DNA from: Nitrospinota bacterium
GTDB taxonomy: Bacteria > UBA8248
Length of the DNA stretch: 52,279 bases
NCBI GenBank assembly: GCA_009839615.1
Contig: VXPH01000012.1
Coordinates: 1 to 52,279, forward strand
Reading direction: 5' to 3'
The notes under the pieces are model-generated. The model did no database searches and had not been told where the DNA came from. It saw nothing but the letters and a program-made list of their open reading frames with translations. Each line of letters begins with the position of its first letter. The stretch's first letter is position 1. Below are positions 45,246 through 52,279 of this stretch, one piece after another. The translations under genes were made by a program, and so were the position numbers.

Positions 45246-47117
45246 TTGACTGATTACGCATATGCAGGAGAAATCCTCCGGGTCGATCTCTCGAGCGGGA
45301 AGACCTGGGGCGAGAAATTCGAAGCCGCCGACCGCAGGAAATGGGTGGGCGGCGCAGGGTTGGGCGCCAAGATTCTGTGGGAGGAGGTGCCGCCCGAGGT
45401 GGGTTGGGATCACCCCGAAAACCGGCTCGTTCTGGCCACGGGCCCTCTGGCGGGTCTGCCGGTCTGGGGAACAGGCGGGCTTACCGTGGTGACGCGGGGC
45501 GCGATGACGGGCGGCGCGACCAACACCCAGGCGAACGGTTTTTTCGGCGCGAATATCAAGTATTGCGGCTATGACGCCATCGTGTTCCAGGGAGAATCGC
45601 CCGATTGGGTCTATCTCCATATCCGCGATGACGGGGTGGAGCTTCGCGACGCCGCTGAATTGCTGGGCAAGGACACCTGGGAGACGCAGCAATCGCTCGA
45701 GAAAACGCTGAACCTGAGCGGGCATAACTTGAGCGTGTACAGCATCGGGCCCGCGGGCGAGAATCTCGTGCGCTTCGCCGCCATACAGGGCGATTACGGC
45801 CACGTGGCGAGCAAGAACGGCTGCGGGACCGTCATGGGCAAGAAAAAGGTGAAGGCGGTGGCTATCGAGCGCGGAACAAAGGGAGTCGCCGCCGCCCATC
45901 CCAAAGCGCTCTTCGCGGCGGCGGATGATATCGCCCACAGCCTGCAGACCGATCCCTCCACCAAGGGGCTGTACCTCTACGGCACTTTGGGCGGAGTGCG
46001 GAACTTGCAGGGCATGGGCGCGCTCCCGATCCGGAACTACACGACGAACGTGTGGCCCGAGGAAGTCGAAACGCAAAAATGGGAGGCGAACGGCCTGCGC
46101 GAGGGTTTCGACCACCGGGGGCATCAGTGCAGCGCTTGCGGCATGCACCATTGCCACATGCAGGTCATCTCCTCCGGTCCCTACAAGGGGCAGGTCGTGG
46201 ACGAACCGGAGTACGAGGGCTGGTCGGGCGCGGGCTGGACGATTGGCGCCACGGATCCGCAGCAGGTTACATGGATGAACACCCAGCTCGACCGCGCCTG
46301 CGTGGACGTGAACGAGTTCGGCTGGCTCTGCGGCTGGGTGATGGAGTGTCAGCAAAAAGGCTACATCACGGACGAGGACCTGGGTTTCCGCCTGGAGTGG
46401 GGCGACATCGACGGGGCCAACAGGCTGCTCGAAATGATCTGCAAGCGCGAGGGCATGGGCGACCTCCTGGCGGAGGGCACGAAGCTCGCGGCGGAGAAAC
46501 TCGGTGGCGAGGCGCAGGATTGCGCCATTTATACGGAAGTAAACAATTCCCCCAGAGGGCACGATCACCGCTCCCGGTGGGAGGAGATGATCGATACCTG
46601 CACGGGTTCGGGCGGAACGATGGATACGGCTCCCCCGGTGTTCCCGACGGATTACGGCCTGCCCGCGCGTGTGCACCCCCAGGACGCGGAGGCGGTGCCT
46701 AAGCACGTGGGCGGTCTGAGGGGACGCCGCGCGTATGAGGATTCCCTGGGGGCGTGCGTCTTTACTACGCGCGCGCCGATGGACGTCTTGTGCCGCTCCA
46801 TTCAGGCGGCTACCGGATGGGACGTGGACAAGGATGAAGCGATGCAGACCGGCCGGCGCATCAACGCCTTGATGCGCGCGTTCAATTTGCGCTGCGGCAT
46901 CGGGCCCGAGGTCGAAAAGCCGTCCAGGCGATATGGCTCCACGCCGGTGGATGGGCCGATCGCGGGCGTCTCGATCATGGATCAGTGGGAGAAGATGCTC
47001 GATATATGGTACGAGACGGCCGGCTACGACAGGGAGACGGGCCGCCCCAGGCCCGAGCTTTTGCGCGAACTCGATCTGGAAGATGTCGCCGAGGCGCTAT
47101 GGGGCGCGAACGTATAG
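45246..47117 (+). CDS. Aldehyde:ferredoxin oxidoreductase family (tungsto/molybdopterin) catalytic subunit
   Basis: AOR N-terminal domain pattern (ILRVDLSSGK...GGAGLGAKILWEE...GPLAG). Cys cluster CSACGMHHC plus a later Cys. 623 aa. TTG start 9 nt after AAGGAGG. Confidence 0.9.
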   Translation: MTDYAYAGEILRVDLSSGKTWGEKFEAADRRKWVGGAGLGAKILWEEVPPEVGWDHPENRLVLATGPLAGLPVWGTGGLTVVTRGAMTGGATNTQANGFFGANIKYCGYDAIVFQGESPDWVYLHIRDDGVELRDAAELLGKDTWETQQSLEKTLNLSGHNLSVYSIGPAGENLVRFAAIQGDYGHVASKNGCGTVMGKKKVKAVAIERGTKGVAAAHPKALFAAADDIAHSLQTDPSTKGLYLYGTLGGVRNLQGMGALPIRNYTTNVWPEEVETQKWEANGLREGFDHRGHQCSACGMHHCHMQVISSGPYKGQVVDEPEYEGWSGAGWTIGATDPQQVTWMNTQLDRACVDVNEFGWLCGWVMECQQKGYITDEDLGFRLEWGDIDGANRLLEMICKREGMGDLLAEGTKLAAEKLGGEAQDCAIYTEVNNSPRGHDHRSRWEEMIDTCTGSGGTMDTAPPVFPTDYGLPARVHPQDAEAVPKHVGGLRGRRAYEDSLGACVFTTRAPMDVLCRSIQAATGWDVDKDEAMQTGRRINALMRAFNLRCGIGPEVEKPSRRYGSTPVDGPIAGVSIMDQWEKMLDIWYETAGYDRETGRPRPELLRELDLEDVAEALWGANV

Positions 47118-47145
47118 CCTGCCCCGGACCCGGAGGAAGACGCCC

Positions 47146-47472
47146 ATGAGCGAGACGAAAAGCGTCAAGGCGATTCGCGTCCGGCTGGAGTTCATCTCCT
47201 GGGCGTCGACGTTCGTGGGCGGTGACGGGAACGAACGCAAGATTTTCGACGAGGAAGTGCCCGAAGGCGCCACGCTCCGGGACGTCCTGAAAAAAATGAG
47301 CAGCCGTTATCGCTCCCTGGACGAGGCGCTTTGGCACAACGGAACCGGCGAGTTGGCCGAACACCTTGAAATCGCCGTGAACGACGCGCTCCTGGGCATT
47401 CACCATAAGCTCGATTCCGAGATGAAAGAGGGCGATCTCATCCTCTTGATGGGGCAGTACATGGGGGGATGA
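47146..47472 (+). CDS. MoaD/ThiS-family ubiquitin-like sulfur-carrier protein (C-terminal GG)
   Basis: 108 aa from ATG 47146 (GGAGGAAGA RBS). Beta-grasp-like pattern ending ...LILLMGQYMGG-stop. Confidence 0.75.
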   Translation: MSETKSVKAIRVRLEFISWASTFVGGDGNERKIFDEEVPEGATLRDVLKKMSSRYRSLDEALWHNGTGELAEHLEIAVNDALLGIHHKLDSEMKEGDLILLMGQYMGG

Positions 47473-47491
47473 GGGCGGAACCCGGTTTAGA

Positions 47492-47644
47492 GGGGATTGT
47501 TGAAAAAGTCCTCGGCGCTCGCAATTGTCCACCGCCGCAATGACGATCAAAACCGCATTCGCCCGTAGCCGGACAGGCCTCTACGCCTGTCCGAGGTTCG
47601 CGAACTGTGGGACAATCCCGAGGAGGGGTTGTCACTACAATCCC
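47492..47644. repeat. Palindromic repeat unit A with central 9-bp hairpin
   Basis: Bounded by GGGGATTGTTGAAAAAGTCC (47492-47511) and GGGGTTGTCACTACAATCCC (47625-47644). Internal inverted pair ATTGTCCAC/GTGGGACAAT surrounds the perfect hairpin CGGACAGGC-CTCTAC-GCCTGTCCG (47570-47593). Confidence 0.55.
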
Positions 47645-47697
47645 TTCGCGCCAAACCTCCCTCCCTGGTCGGGTCCAACCACCCAACTCCCCTTGTC

Positions 47698-47879
47698 GGG
47701 GTTGTCGAAAAATCCCTCTCTGCCTCATCCTGAGTAGCGGCGAAGCCGCGTATCGAAGGATGCTCCTCGCTCCGACGCGAAGTGTTCGATTCCCCTCGCC
47801 CTTCGATACGCCGCCTCCGGCGGCTACTCAGGGTGAGGGAAGAGGCGTTGTCGGTTTGCGGGAGTTTTTCAATAACACC
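47698..47879. repeat. Composite palindromic (MITE/REP-like) element B
   Basis: Outer motifs GGGGTTGTCGAAAAATCCC (47698-47716) and GGAGTTTTTCAATAACACC (47861-47879, inverted). Inner inverted arms 47723-47759 (CCTCATCCTGAGTAGCGGCGAAGCCGCGTATCGAAGG) and 47800-47838 (CCTTCGATACGCCGCCTCCGGCGGCTACTCAGGGTGAGG). Confidence 0.65.
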
Positions 47880-47975
47880 TGGAGAGGGCGTTTTCGCTCC
47901 CTCTTACCTGCGTCAGGATTCGTTGATCAGGTAGGTAATCTACCGTTATTCGTGCTCGCGTGAATAAACGCCGCA

Positions 47976-48440
47976 CTAGAACGGATGATCCGGGTCGAGC
48001 ATTCCCAGAAATTCAGCGCATCGTTTCGCCTCGGCGGATTCTCCGATGGCGTCGGCGCATTGCGCCAGGCCATGAATGGCGCGCAAGAACGGTCGATTGG
48101 CCGGGATTTCCCAGGGAATGCGCCCGTCACCGCGCCAGCCCGAGGCGCGCGCCTTGTCCAGCCCCCTGTGGTAGGCGACCCGGAAGTATGCGTATGCGCT
48201 AATCGTCTCTTCGATTTCGAGCGCAATCCGCCCCATGGCCACCCAGCCGGAAAGCGCGTCCGGATAACGCGCCACCAGAGCTTTCAAATTATCAATGGCC
48301 GGTCCCTGGTTTTCATCGCCAGACAAAATGGCCTCTCTGAGAGAATCCAACGCGCGGAGTTCTTCCGGTTCGGGAGGAAGTGATGTCCTGGGCACTCCCT
48401 CTGATGAGATATCGAGCAAATCGTCGGGTTCATTTGGCAT
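47976..48440 (-). CDS. DUF3151-like protein
   Basis: 154 aa from ATG 48440 (AAAGGA RBS). AYAYFRVAYHRGLDKARASGWRGDGRIPWEIPANRPFLRAIHGLAQCADAIGE closely matches my recollection of the DUF3151 core (AYAY..GYHRGLD..R..GW.G.G.VPW...PNRGFLRA...AIGE). Confidence 0.65.
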   Translation of the reverse strand: MPNEPDDLLDISSEGVPRTSLPPEPEELRALDSLREAILSGDENQGPAIDNLKALVARYPDALSGWVAMGRIALEIEETISAYAYFRVAYHRGLDKARASGWRGDGRIPWEIPANRPFLRAIHGLAQCADAIGESAEAKRCAEFLGMLDPDHPF

Positions 48441-48606
48441 GATGAAATCCTTTACCTGGAGGTTTCGCATTGCCATTATAACTGTCACGCCATGGTGGCG
48501 CATTTGGCATTCGGGATTGACGCCCCGTAATCGGTTTGTTAGCTTCGACCCGCCCGGGAAGTTCCGTACCATTCCCCACGCCTGAAAAAACCTGGAGGTC
48601 CCATCG

Positions 48607-49863
48607 ATGTCATCGGCACTAGCGCTGAGAGATCCCGATATTTTCGCCGCCATGGAAGATGAAAGAGAACGTCAGGCGGACGAGCTCGAACTCATCGCTT
48701 CGGAGAACTACGTGAGCAAGGCGGTGATGGAAGCGGTGGGCGGCGTGATGACGAACAAATATGCCGAAGGGTTTCCGGGAAGGCGCTACTACGGCGGGTG
48801 TCAGTTTGTGGACGTGGCCGAATCCCTCGCCATCGAGCGGGCGAAGGCTCTTTTCGGCATGGATCACGCCTCCGTGCAGCCGCACAGCGGCGCCCAGGCG
48901 AACGCGGCGGTGTATTACGGCTTGCTCGAACCGGGTGATACGCTTTTGGGGATGAATCTGTCTCATGGGGGCCACTTGACCCATGGGCACCCCGTCACCT
49001 TCTCGGGCCGTTGGTTCAAGGTGGTGGCTTATGGAGTGGATCCCGAAAACCACGTCATCGATTTCGACGAAGTGGAAAGCCAGGCAAAGGAACACCGGCC
49101 CAAGATTATCGTCGTAGGGGCGAGCGCTTATCCGCGATCGATCGATTATGCGCGCTTCAGGGAGATCGCGGACGAGGTGGGCGCCGTGGTGATGGCGGAC
49201 ATCGCCCATGTCGCAGGTCTCATCGCCGGCGACGCGCACCCGAGTCCCGCGGGCCATGCCCAGATTGTCACGACCACGACGCACAAAACGCTCAGAGGGC
49301 CTCGCGGCGGCATGATTCTTTGCGACGAGGACTACGCGGGAGAGATGAACAAGGCCGTCTTCCCCGGGCTTCAGGGCGGACCTTTGATGCACGTCGTCGC
49401 GGCCAAGGCGGTTGCGTTCAAGGAGGCGAGTACGCCCGGATTCAAGGACTATTCGGCGCAGATCGTGAAAAACGCCAAGGCGCTCGCGGAAGCGCTCTTA
49501 AAGCGCGGCATCCACCTTGTCTCGGGTGGCACGGACAATCATCTGATTCTCCTGGATTTGCGCGAGGCCGGTTTCAGCGGGAAAAAGGCGGAGGCCGCCC
49601 TGGGCCAGGCGGGAATCACGGTGAACAAAAACGCGATTCCATTCGACACGAGAAAACCGGCGTTCACGAGCGGGATTCGTGTCGGGACGCCCGCGTTGAC
49701 GTCGCGCCGCATGAAAGAAGCCGAGATGAAAGTGGTGGGTGACTGGATAGCCGACGTGCTGGCCGATATCACGGACGAAGCCCGCATCGCCTCGGTAAGG
49801 GAAGACGTACGATCGCTTTGCGAGAAGTTCCCGATGGGGCCGGATGGGGCCAGGCCGGAGTAG
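48607..49863 (+). CDS. glyA: Serine hydroxymethyltransferase
   Basis: ELIASENY, the PLP-lysine region [14 protein letters not shown], and full-length SHMT. Confidence 0.95.
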   Translation: MSSALALRDPDIFAAMEDERERQADELELIASENYVSKAVMEAVGGVMTNKYAEGFPGRRYYGGCQFVDVAESLAIERAKALFGMDHASVQPHSGAQANAAVYYGLLEPGDTLLGMNLSHGGHLTHGHPVTFSGRWFKVVAYGVDPENHVIDFDEVESQAKEHRPKIIVVGASAYPRSIDYARFREIADEVGAVVMADIAHVAGLIAGDAHPSPAGHAQIVTTTTHKTLRGPRGGMILCDEDYAGEMNKAVFPGLQGGPLMHVVAAKAVAFKEASTPGFKDYSAQIVKNAKALAEALLKRGIHLVSGGTDNHLILLDLREAGFSGKKAEAALGQAGITVNKNAIPFDTRKPAFTSGIRVGTPALTSRRMKEAEMKVVGDWIADVLADITDEARIASVREDVRSLCEKFPMGPDGARPE

Positions 49864-49877
49864 TTTGCCTTTCTTCG

Positions 49878-51290
49878 CTAAATAGGCGGTTTTTCCACTT
49901 TCACGACGCCTCTTTGCTCCAGTTGATGCACAAACGAAAGCGTGTGGTGGTCCGCAAAAGGCGCGCCCATGATTTGCGCTCCGAGCGGCAGGCCCTCCTC
50001 GCTCATGCCCGAGGGAAAGGCCGTGGAAGGCCCGCCGAGAAAATTCCAAAGCCTCGTCAATGAGATCATGAGCGTTCGAATTTCGACCTCTTTGCCACGA
50101 ACCGTTCCGGACGCCTGAGAACGCAAAGCGGCGGGAATCGGTGTGGCAGCGGCGAGAACGAGGTCTACCCCACCAAATACTTCCCTGCAGATGCGCTTCG
50201 TCCACTGTTCCCGGAATCGAAGCGCCTGGATATACGATGTGGCGGAAATGAAAAAACCGGGCCTGATTCTCTCTAGGACCGCGGGATCGAAATCTTGCGC
50301 GTTGTCTCGTATGTTTTTTTCGTGCACGGTCGCCGCTTCGGCTACCATCAACACGGCCGCCGCATGAAACGCGGTTTCGACGTCTGGTATTTCGACGTCG
50401 ACGACCTCGGCGCCCATTTCTTGAAGTGTCTTTGCCAGATGATTCACCGCTTCCGCCACGGGCGGTTCCGAGCGTTGTTCATAGTATTCTCGCGCGTGGC
50501 CGACCCGAAATTCTTCAATGGGTTTACTCAGTCCCCCCATGAAGCCGGGCGGATCGCAGGCAATGGATGAGGCGTCGGCAGGGTCGTGCCCGGCGATGGC
50601 GGACATCATGAGCGCGCAGTCCCGAGCAGACCTCGCCAAAGGCCCGAACGAATCGAGCGACCACGACAAGGGGGCGCAGTTCGATTTCGTGACGAGCCCA
50701 TGCGTGGGTTTGTGCCCGACGACCCCGCATAAGGATGCGGGAATCCGGATGGAGCCGCCCGTATCCGAACCGATGGCGATGGAAACCTGCCCCGTCGCCA
50801 CGCTGTTGCCCGAGCCGCCGCTCGACCCGCCCGTGACCCGTTCGGTATCCCAGGGGTTTTTCTGATCCCCGTAGTGGGGATTGTGCCCGGTGGGGCCGAA
50901 GGCGAATTCGTGGAGGTTCAGTTTTCCGAGTATCACGCCGCCTGCGCGGCGTATCTTTCGAGCCAGCAGGGCATCCGAGTCCGCGACGTTGTTTTTGTCG
51001 ATGATGCTGCCAGCCGTGGTGGGCAGGCCTTTCATGTCGATCAAGTCCTTCAGGCCTATCGGCGCGCCGGCCAAGGGTCCCGGGTCCTCGCCTCGGGCAA
51101 TGGCGGCGTCCACTTCTTGCGCTGCCTTCAGGGCACCCTCTGAGTCGAGCCTGATCCAGGAATTCAAGACCTCCCCGACTTTCTCCGAGCGTTCCAGATG
51201 CGCCTCGGTGACTTCAACGGCGCTGATTGTTCTTTCTTTGATTTGTGTGACGATTTCCGCAGCGGTGAGGATCGTGGAATCGTTGATCAA
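49878..51290 (-). CDS. Amidase-signature family amidohydrolase (GatA/AtzE-like)
   Basis: GGSSGGSG...GSDTGGSIRIPAS signature. I place the start at TTG 51290 (AGGGAGA upstream), giving LINDSTILTAAEIVTQIKERTISAVEV, which is typical of the family. The ORF-track extension to 51452 is rejected. Confidence 0.85.
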   Translation of the reverse strand: MINDSTILTAAEIVTQIKERTISAVEVTEAHLERSEKVGEVLNSWIRLDSEGALKAAQEVDAAIARGEDPGPLAGAPIGLKDLIDMKGLPTTAGSIIDKNNVADSDALLARKIRRAGGVILGKLNLHEFAFGPTGHNPHYGDQKNPWDTERVTGGSSGGSGNSVATGQVSIAIGSDTGGSIRIPASLCGVVGHKPTHGLVTKSNCAPLSWSLDSFGPLARSARDCALMMSAIAGHDPADASSIACDPPGFMGGLSKPIEEFRVGHAREYYEQRSEPPVAEAVNHLAKTLQEMGAEVVDVEIPDVETAFHAAAVLMVAEAATVHEKNIRDNAQDFDPAVLERIRPGFFISATSYIQALRFREQWTKRICREVFGGVDLVLAAATPIPAALRSQASGTVRGKEVEIRTLMISLTRLWNFLGGPSTAFPSGMSEEGLPLGAQIMGAPFADHHTLSFVHQLEQRGVVKVEKPPI

Positions 51291-51291
51291 T

Positions 51292-51492
51292 TTATTTCTC
51301 CCTCGCGAGGGAACGCAAGAATCCAGCGTGTCCGGCAGGTTCCGTTTGTGGCGAAAGACGTTCCCGCAACAGTGGGTGTCCTTTCTCCATGTTTTCCACC
51401 GTGGCGATGAGAAGGGAGCGTCGTTCGGGGTCGAGTGAATCTCCGAAGACATTTTCGCAGCGGGACTTTAACGAATCGTCTGAAATCGGCAT
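51292..51492 (-). CDS. 66-aa GatC/AtzG-like small protein coupled to the amidase (not in ORF track as such)
   Basis: ATG 51492 lies 5 nt after AGGAGAAAAA. Sequence MPISDDSLKSRCENVFGDSLDPERRSLLIATVENMEKGHPLLRERLSPQTEPAGHAGFLRSLAREK. The TAA stop is 1 nt before the amidase TTG start. Confidence 0.45.
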   Translation of the reverse strand: MPISDDSLKSRCENVFGDSLDPERRSLLIATVENMEKGHPLLRERLSPQTEPAGHAGFLRSLAREK

Positions 51493-51724
51493 TTTTTCTC
51501 CTGGGCGAAGAAGGACCTTATGAACATTGGTTGGTGTGACGGTTGATTCGTGAATGGATACATGATGCGTTTTCTCACAAAGCATTGCAATCGAAACAGC
51601 GGGATATCGTCCATAACGGTATGAGAGTGTTAAGAGGGTTCGATTTTGTTTGTGGTTGCCTCCATGCAAGTCAAAAGGCAAAATAGAGAGTGTTATTGTT
51701 CCACTTCGCCCTCCAGGGGAACTC

Positions 51725-52279
51725 GTGAGTAAATTCACCAGGTTCATTCTCATCATCTCGTTTTTGCCTTTATGGGTGAATGGATGCGTGCCGGCGGCGG
51801 TGATGGTCGCCCAAAAGGGCATCAAGAGCGCTTTTGAGGATCGCTCTTTGAAACAGCAGGTAGAAGATACGAAAATACACGCGAATCTGTTGCAAGAGTA
51901 CTTGCGCGTCGACAGTGGTTTGCCGGTGGATGTGAATACGGACGTGTGGGAAGGAAGGGTGTTGCTGACCGGCATCGTGGATGCGGAGAAAAAACGAGAA
52001 GCCGTTTTGAGTATTGCGCGAGGCGACCCCAGAATCAAAGCCGTTTATGATCATATCCTTCTCGGTTCTCCGGACGAGGTGGAGCGCAACCGCGCAGAGG
52101 CGAAGACGCAACCAGCCGTGGAGCGCGACATCGTCAAGCTCAGCCGGATTGCCAGCGATGCGTGGATAGAAGCCAAACTCAAGGCTCAGTTCCTGGCGGC
52201 CGAGGGTGTGAATTCCGTGAATTACCGTTGGCAGTCCATGCGAAACAAGGTTTATGTCATCGGTCGGGCGAGGACGGAG
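51725..52279 (+). CDS. BON-domain lipoprotein (OsmY-like), 3'-truncated by window end
   Basis: Open frame from GTG 51725 (AGGGGA RBS; in-frame TAG at 51683) to the window edge, missing from the ORF track. Lipobox LWVNGC. Two BON-like segments (VDVNTDVWEGRVLLTGIV..., VNYRWQSMRNKVYVIGRA...). Confidence 0.75.
   Translation, partial: MSKFTRFILIISFLPLWVNGCVPAAVMVAQKGIKSAFEDRSLKQQVEDTKIHANLLQEYLRVDSGLPVDVNTDVWEGRVLLTGIVDAEKKREAVLSIARGDPRIKAVYDHILLGSPDEVERNRAEAKTQPAVERDIVKLSRIASDAWIEAKLKAQFLAAEGVNSVNYRWQSMRNKVYVIGRARTE

Noticed and set aside
48441-48606. Possible riboswitch (ZTP/pfl or THF type) in the glyA leader.
   Set aside because: I could not find the conserved ZTP core elements (a GGGUCGUGACUGGCG-like 5' domain plus a CCGCCUGGGC 3' element) or a THF-like fold by eye. 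Only a weak TTGACG-N17-TAGCTT promoter-like match is present. An Infernal/Rfam scan would settle the question.
51292-52111. 248-aa and 113-aa minus-strand ORFs (51292-52038, 51770-52111).
   Set aside because: Most of their length is antisense to a well-formed plus-strand BON lipoprotein gene (51725 to the window end). Only the last 66 codons of the first ORF, which have their own strong RBS, are kept as a candidate gene.

Overview
A 52.3-kb, high-GC (by eye mid-60s %) chromosomal segment from a diderm bacterium, indicated by Tol-Pal, Pal and several lipobox proteins. It is densely packed with about 50 protein genes. I found no rRNA, tRNA or CRISPR array by eye. Left to right: a Zn-ribbon NUDIX/MBL hydrolase pair; a palindromic repeat element; an fba(class I)-fbp-OmpA-like lipoprotein operon; an MFS transporter; a nucleoside 2-deoxyribosyltransferase-like gene; a clearly AT-richer ~1.4-kb islet carrying one Fic (AMPylase-type) gene, whose promoter is flanked by two arrays of 12-bp repeats; TusA-like, bioD, an RCK K+-channel homologue and a leaderless TRAP-type binding protein. 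Next come two convergent operons that look like a peptidoglycan-turnover supercluster (orphan protein-nagA-D-aminoacylase-acidic TPR anchor, and M20D-slt-anmK-M20), lying directly beside a complete tolQRAB-pal-cpoB cluster. These are followed by ligA, galU, two tandem CNNM/CorC genes, a NUDIX/degenerate histidine-kinase/Ldh_2 operon, EamA transporters, a CoA-transferase, an EEP nuclease/phosphatase, LOG and a DinB-like gene. A ferredoxin/FAD-oxidoreductase/tungsten-type aldehyde:ferredoxin oxidoreductase/MoaD-like cluster sits behind two further EamA genes. The window ends with a 400-bp hub of palindromic repeats, DUF3151, glyA, an amidase preceded by an unlisted 66-codon GatC/AtzG-like ORF, and a partial BON lipoprotein that the ORF track misses. 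No single textbook novel system stands out. The best leads are the peptidoglycan-recycling supercluster with unassigned deacylases, the Fic islet with its repeat-flanked promoter, the modular palindromic element family, the degenerate kinase operon and the amidase small subunit. All functional calls come from motif recognition by eye; no database search was run.
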